This document shows positions 56,488-64,000 of a DNA stretch of 64,000 nt, in pieces. Source of the stretch: Chrysomallon squamiferum. Its lineage: Eukaryota > Animalia > Mollusca. Positions within the stretch are counted from its first letter, which is position 1; every line of letters begins with the position of its first letter. The notes under the pieces are model-generated. The model was not told the DNA's origin. It searched no databases and saw nothing but the letters and a program-made list of their open reading frames with translations. The stretch lies in contig CM022677.1 of assembly GCA_012295275.1 (NCBI GenBank), positions 17,546,001 through 17,610,000 on the forward strand, read 5' to 3'. Made by a program: the position numbers and the translations under genes.

Positions 56488-57975
56488 TAAAGAGAAAGGG
56501 GTAAAGCAGTTAATATTACAAACAAATGGTAATTAATGAGATACCAGTTTTTTTTTATTAACTGTCTAAAATGTTTGTAATTGTTTTTCATTATTAATAA
56601 CCAAACTGAGTAAAACTGGAAATAAACTGGAAAACGGAATCAGACCTGTGTGGAAGCTAATGTGACTTTATTGCAGTCCATCAGTGACACTGCACCTGGG
56701 TCTGTCTGTCTGTCTGGCTGGCTGGCTGTCTGAGGTTTTTAATTTATTTTATTTACCTAAATTAAGCTGTTTTTTTTTCATTTAGTATGGTTGTACAATT
56801 GTAGTGTTTTTGCTACAGCATTTGAACAAGAAATAAATTGTTGTGTATAAACAACAAAAACATTCATGCACATTCAAACACATACACACATACACACACA
56901 CTCACACGCACACATGCTGTCATGTTTATTATAAATACGTGCAAAGTATACAAGTACATGTATTTATATGTTTGTATGAACATGTACACGCAAATATACA
57001 CACACATATACACACATACAAATATACACAAAAATATATGTACACACACAAATATACATACAAATATACACATATACACAAACAGATACATACACATAAA
57101 ATATACACATACATACACACATACATACAAATATACACACACACAAAACACAACAAACATATTTTTTCAAAACTAAGTTTCTTTTCCAAAAAAAAAAAAA
57201 AATTTTGTTTTTTTTTTTATTTTATTTCATTTCATTTTATCCGAAACAACAACTACAACTACAACAACTACAACTACGACACCACATTTTAACGAATAAT
57301 AGACTGGCGCATCGCCTTCAAATTCGCCTCTCTCTCTCTTACACACTAATGAAGATGGATGACGCCTATAAAATAGACTGGTGCCGGGCGGCGGAGAGCG
57401 TGTTCCACGCAAATTACTATTAAGTAATGAGCACAGTCTATGTTGATGAAAACACCTCGCACCATTACTCTCCCTGATCCCATTTTCAGCTAATTTTCTT
57501 TTTCGCCGGTGAAAATTATCATGGAAGATGAGAATGATTCCGCAAATTTTGATTAATGGTTGCTCGGAGCCGACCTGATCTCTTCTGCTTGATTGCAGGA
57601 CAATTCCCCGTGGAGAGAGAGAGAGGAAAACAGAGGGGATTATGGGTAGACTGACCTTTTTGGTTACGAAAAAAAGAGAGAAATATATAAGTGTGATGAG
57701 ATGGATTATGGGTAGGGGATAAAGTTAAAAAAATATATTTTTTTTTTTTTTAAATGGCGAAGTGTTGTGTAGGATGATGATGACCTTTTTAGAAAAGTTA
57801 AAAAAAATCAAAAATAATAATTAAAAAGAAATTTAAAAAAAATAAAATTCATTGAGTGGTGGATTATGGGTAGGTTAGATTGAACTTTCACTAAAAAAGA
57901 ATGAAATAAAACTTTGTTACGGTGACCGTTCTTTATTCATCTGTGAAAATTTGGACATCCACGCACGCACGCAAG

Positions 57976-58030
<55 letters not shown>

Positions 58031-60119
58031 GCACATAAATATATATACACATACATACAAACACAATCACACACATAAAGCACATAAATAAACCAAAGCA
58101 ACGTATTAGGATACAAACGGACACATTTAAATATTACTTACTAACAGCACAGCACATACCATTGATTGATGGCTTAATCCACTTGAATTTGCTCTTCCCT
58201 GTTTGCCTTGCTCATGAGGGGGGGACATAAATAAAAAGTAAATTCACACATTTATTTTAGGTCACAACAGCCATACTTTAACACTAGCTGTATTAAAATG
58301 AGCAGCAGTTATAGATAATAATTCAACACACAGTCACACATGAGTGAATTTTAACAAAAATAGTTGTTCTGTTAACTTTACAAATTCAAGCTTCAGTCAA
58401 TTTTCGAAATAACTTAATTGATATAATAATGATTTTATTTTATTTTTTTTTTTTAATTTAATGTTTTGAAATAGCCTGAATCCATAATAATATTTTCATA
58501 TCAAAAAAATATGACTAAATCTAATAATTATTATTTAACAAATGGTTCTTCACACATCAGTAAGTTTTTAATGTTGTAAAAAAAATCTCTGGTTAATTTT
58601 AAAATAGCTTAAAATTTTTTTTTCTTTAAATACCTAATGGACACAACTGAATACATTTTGAAAATCGCCAGAAATCATAAATGGTAATGTCGTTATTTAG
58701 ACTATAAAATTTTATAAACTACAAAATGGCCTGCAGATATTGTAATGTGAATTTATTTGTGACCTGTCACATCAAACTAGGTCTTTTATCTATATCTATA
58801 TCTACATATATATATATATATTCTTTTTTTTCTATTATTACAGTACAAATACGTACATATTTAGTTATATATAAAACGCACACATGCTCATATTGTAATA
58901 ATACAACACAAAATGAATAAAAGATAAAGACAGAAACAAGACAGCACACACCAGATCCTTAATAACCTTAAGTGATATAGCTGGAATGCAAAATTACATA
59001 TACATAAATAAGACAAACTGATGTCTTTGATAATAAAATGAATAGAACTGATCAGATTGGTTAATTAATATTGTAAATTAACATTTGATGATTGGGTAAA
59101 TTACTGAGCTTTTAATCGGTGAGTTAAATAACTGTTATATGCGTCACTGGTTAATTACTGAATGTAATGATATAACAAAATGGTTAGATTGTTAAAAGTC
59201 AAAACCATTGGTTAATTTACAAACTGTAAAACCTATCACAAATAGGATAATTACTGTTCAAAACAGTACTTTTCAAAACTGTTCAAAACTAAATTAGCTG
59301 TCATTATTTTTGTGCTGAACACAACAATTGTTAAATTAAGAAGTGTTAAAACGCAATATCACTGGTTAATCAAATCTTCATAAAGAAATACGATTGGTTA
59401 ATTAAGAACTGCACAAACCAATAAACGCTGGTTAATTAAAACTTCACAAAGCATGTGTACGAATGTGTCATTAACAACTGCACGCAGCAACATGATTGTG
59501 TCGTGATTAAGAAACCATCACGAAGCAACGCGATTGGCCGGATTGTGAACTGTCATAAAGCAATCCGATTGGTTAATTACTTTCTGAACCTCCTTGGCTA
59601 TTGATCTCCGTCAAACGGATCACGTTTTAAGCTGCTGTTGAAATTTCCCATTAGCTGTCGTAAACGAGAGACTTGGAAACTCATCAGGGACAATTTGCTT
59701 GTGTGTGTGTTGCCATTGTCAAGCTGAAGAGAATCTCGAACCAGCCAATCGGGCGACAGAACTCGTACTTGTCTTTGCAAACAGACAGACAAACAAACAG
59801 ACAGACAGACAGAAACGTTAGCATTTAGCAGTAAACGAACAATTGAAGATTAAAAACCAACTCTTTCTGCTACCACTACTACTACTACTACTGCTACTAC
59901 TACTACTGCTACTACTACTACTGCTACTACTGCTACTACTGCTACTACTACTACCACTACTACCACTACTACCACTACCACTACTACTACTGCCACTACC
60001 ACTACTACTACTGCTACTACTACTTCTACTACTACTACTACTACTACTACTGCTGCTGCTACTACTACTACTACTACTACGACAGGGAATTCTTCAATCT
60101 TTCACCCCTTTTTTTTTTA

Positions 60120-60560
60120 AACGGTCGTATTAACGTATTTCCATTTTGTGACCTGACCCCTCTCTCCCCCCACACTCCTCAGCACTGTTGCGCCCCGCGT
60201 GGCAGTGGTGGGGGGAGAGGGGGAGGGAGAGGGGGATTTTGTGTTCGGAGTTTGATTGGAGTCGTTAATTAGGTGTCGTCGGGTCTGAATCGCCTGCCAA
60301 AGCCTCGACACAAAAACGACTCCCCAGATTCCCGCGGCTTTGCTTAAATGCCGCTATTGATTGCGACTCTGGCTTTGTCGTCGCGGAAACGAAGTGGCGC
60401 TTGCGACGCCCGGCGATCTGTTGTGCTGCTCGGCGAGCGGCTGACAGCGGGCAGGAAGCGCTCAGCTAATTACTTCCCTTGGCTAATTACTTCCCTTGTC
60501 CGCAGTTCACACAGTCTTTAAACTGTCTCCCGTCCCTCGCCCGGAGTTATAAACGTTGCT
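60120..60560. promoter_or_regulatory. Intronic CpG-rich island (enhancer or internal promoter)
   Basis: Strong local CpG/GC enrichment, TGACCTGACC, duplicated GCTAATTACTTCCCTT and TTATAAA near 60547. Confidence 0.45.
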
Positions 60561-60768
60561 GTTGTTGTTGTTGTGCTAGCTGCTTGATGTGTTGTTTTGA
60601 TAAAACAAACACGTGTATTCGAAGACATACATGTAATTACCAAGCACATGTTTTCTTTACGTCTCTCTCTCTCTCTCTCTCTCTCTGTTTCTCTCTGTGT
60701 GTCTCTCTCTTTTCTCTCGCTCTCTCTCTTGGTTTCTCTCTCACTCTCTCTCTCTCTGTCTCTCTCTT

Positions 60769-60815
<47 letters not shown>

Positions 60816-61040
60816 GTCTTTCTCTCTCTTTTTCTCTCTGTGTCTTTCACGTCTTGTCTTTGTTTTTCTCTCTAAGTGTCTCTTTCGTGTTTTCTCTATC
60901 TTGTTTGCTGTTTCTTTGTTTCTCTCTGTCTCTTTCTATTTCTTTCCCTGTACAACTCTTATTTCTCTTTCTTTCTGTTTCTTTTTGTGTTAAAATTTGA
61001 TAAAACATATTCAAACACATACATATAATTATCAAGCACA

Positions 61041-61152
<112 letters not shown>

Positions 61153-62185
61153 ATCCCTTTCTCTGTGTTTTCTAGTCTTACTTTTTCTTTCTTATTTTCT
61201 GACTTTGTCTCTTTTTCTCTATCTCTTTCTCTATCTCTTTATCTCTTTCTCTCTATCTCTTTTTCTCTTTCTCTATCTCTGTCTCCTTTTTTCATGGTGT
61301 TCAGTTACTATTTCTCTTTCTTTCCTTTCTTACTGATGTCTGTCTGTCTGTCTGTCTTTCCTGCTACCCACTCAGCTTTCTCCCCCCTCCTGTCCATACC
61401 TCTTCATCCTCCACCCTCCATTACACCCTCCCTTGTCTACACCTTTTTCTTTTTTAATGTTACCTAATTTCAGTCAACATAATTCTAAAAAGTCCAACTT
61501 CAGTGCTTTTATACACCTTTAAAAAAATGACTGTGCTGGTTTTTTATGACAAAATTCTCTTGAATATGATTTAAAAATCTTTCTTTGGCTTTCAGAAAGA
61601 AAAATAAGAAAAACAAAAGAAAAGATAAATATTACATTTATGATGTATTTTTTTTTTATAAACTCAATATTTAAAAAAATTAATGCTTTTTTTTTCAAAT
61701 CATGTAACAATGTTTGATTTTATTTGTCTGTTTCAAGTTCTGTTATTATTAATGTATTTTTTTTTAATGCTTTTAGTTTTAAATTTTACATTATTATGAC
61801 TTTATATATAGTTTTTTTTATATTTTGTTTTACTCATTATTTTTTATTTTTTTTTAAATTCATTTATTTTTGTTGTAATGAAAAGAAAAAAAGTGATCTG
61901 TATGAAAACATAATTTATCAGATAACCGTTGAATCAACATATGTGAAATAAAAATGTTAATAACTTTTTCAGTCATGTTATAAAACCAGATATGTTACAA
62001 CTGTAGAGTTAAATATATTTTTGTATTTATTTGTGTGTGTGTGTGTGTCTGTGAATTTTTTATTGTGTTTGTGATAAATATGTATTGAAACATTATACAA
62101 TATCATGATATTTTCAATCTATTGAAATCTCTATCTGTGTCTAACTATTTATCTATCTCACTAGCTATTTCTGTATGTGTTTGTG

Positions 62186-62230
<45 letters not shown>

Positions 62231-62404
62231 ACACATATACATATATACACACACTGAAATACTAAGGTATATTTGTTTTAAATAAAATTTACACAAATTA
62301 AAACATTACATGTGTGTGTGTGTGTTTGTTTGTGTGTGTGTGCTGTTTTAAATACAGTATTTAGTTTGAGCTAGTAAGTATGGTTAATAGTTTAAAACAA
62401 TAAA

Positions 62405-62685
62405 TAGAAAGTTTAGATTATTGAATTTCAGAAACTAAAAATAATGAATATCTTCCTAATAAGAAAGTTTAGATTATTGAATATCAGAAACTAAAAATAA
62501 TGAAGATCTTCCTAACAAGAAAGTTTAGATGATTCAATATCAGAAACTAAAAATAATGAATTTCTTCCTAACAAGAAAGTTTAGATTATTCAATATCAGA
62601 AACTAAAAATGATGAATATCTTCCTAATAAGAAAGTTTAGATGATTGAATATCAGAAACTAAAAATGATGAATATCTTCCTAATT
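62405..62685. repeat. 56-bp minisatellite (5 copies) ending at the exon 4 branch point
   Basis: AAGAAAGTTTAGATTATTGAATATCAGAAACTAAAAATAATGAATATCTTCCTAA(T/C); unit starts at 62461 and 62517. Confidence 0.95.
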
Positions 62686-62705
62686 CTTGTTTTTCTTTCT
62701 TTCAG

Positions 62706-62770
62706 CTGGCATTGATGAGGCTGGCAACTGGGGCACAGCAAATCCAAGTGGAATAAACTATGAATCAAGG
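62706..62770 (+). CDS. TCF12: E-protein exon: (A)GIDEAGNWGTANPSGINYESR; the gene continues past the window
   Basis: Resembles TCF12 [25 protein letters not shown]; phase-1 acceptor TTTCTTTCAG|CT completes G+CT = Ala; phase-0 donor AGG|GTATGT. Confidence 0.88.
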
Positions 62771-62813
62771 GTATGTGCTGTGCTGCTTTTAAATGTTTTT
62801 GTATGTGAAAGGA

Positions 62814-62850
<37 letters not shown>

Positions 62851-63103
62851 TTATGAATGTATGTTATTAAACAGTTTTAATATTTTTTTTTGTCTTTACT
62901 GTCACCATTATCATTGTTTTATTGTTGTTGCATGTGTTTTTCTGCTGCAGCTGCTGTTACTATTACTACTACTACTACAACTTCTTTCAGTATATGATAA
63001 CTACCACTCCTTTTCTTATTATTACTACTATGTCATCTACTGCTACCCTACTAGTACTATATTGCTGTTATTACTATATCACTATATACACACCCACACA
63101 TAG

Positions 63104-63188
<85 letters not shown>

Positions 63189-63334
63189 TACAGCTAGTTT
63201 AGGTAGATAGTTCAGAAAACTCTAAAATAAATATATATAGGAAGAAACAGTTAATGGAAAAATTTGTTGTCAGAATATCCATTAATATATCTATTGATCA
63301 GAATTGTTTTTAAGTTCAAAGGCATACACACATA

Positions 63335-63365
<31 letters not shown>

Positions 63366-63527
63366 TTATTATTATTATAGTTTATTGTTATTATTACTAT
63401 TACTATTACTATTATTATTATTATTATTACTACTACTACTGTTATTATTATTATTATTACTATTATTGTTATTACTTTTATTGTTATTACTATTATTGTT
63501 ATTATTACTATTATTTTTATTATTGTT

Positions 63528-63558
<31 letters not shown>

Positions 63559-64000
63559 TTGTTATTATTATTACAGATTTACAATGAACAAATAAATAAA
63601 CAAACAAATAAATGAAATATATATATATATATATATATATAGATAGATAGATTCGAAACAAAAACAACACACATACAAAATCCCCCCAGAACAAACAGAA
63701 CCAGTCTGACTGTAAAACATGTTTAACACAACATCAGTCACTCTCTGCCGGAACTACTTTCTTTTAACTCATTCGATAACACTAATCTAAGGGAGACAAC
63801 TCTAAATGATCTGGAAAGGGAGAAGTCTCTTAACGTGATTTGAGTTCTTTATCTCTCTTCCTTTACCAGGATTGTGCGAAAGATTTAAAAATAAATTAGT
63901 TTTCTTTTTTCTTCTTTTTTCAGAATACTCATCTTTTTTAATTTTATGTTTTTTTTGTTTCTGTTTAATTTTTATTTACTGTAGTTCTTTTTCTTCATAT

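Overview
Eukaryotic, AT-rich, microsatellite-dense animal genomic DNA, most likely a mollusc or gastropod (inferred from the Ig-domain style and Tc1 type). It is not prokaryotic, and nearly all ORFs in the supplied track are microsatellite artefacts. Two real spliced genes can be reconstructed by hand. (1) A minus-strand gene (signal-peptide exon 8266-8212, Ig exon 6242-5871/5851) encodes a small secreted protein with a single V-type Ig domain. (2) The 5' part of a plus-strand class I bHLH E-protein gene (TCF12/TCF4/TCF3/daughterless family) has a CpG-rich promoter near 23.3-24.2 kb and four in-frame exons (23916-23974, 30791-30878, 45062-45224, 62706-62770); it continues beyond the window. 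Also present are a candidate alternative first exon (MHCGYYQ, 39870-39890) that would skip the AD1 LxxLL motif, intronic E-box clusters, minisatellites abutting splice acceptors, a hairpin-unit/(CT)n composite array, long inverted repeat pairs, a decayed Tc1 transposase, a Tigger4/MER46-like MITE and many mini- and microsatellites. I found no evidence for a wholly new molecular system; the most interesting signals concern isoform architecture, regulation and repeat structure.
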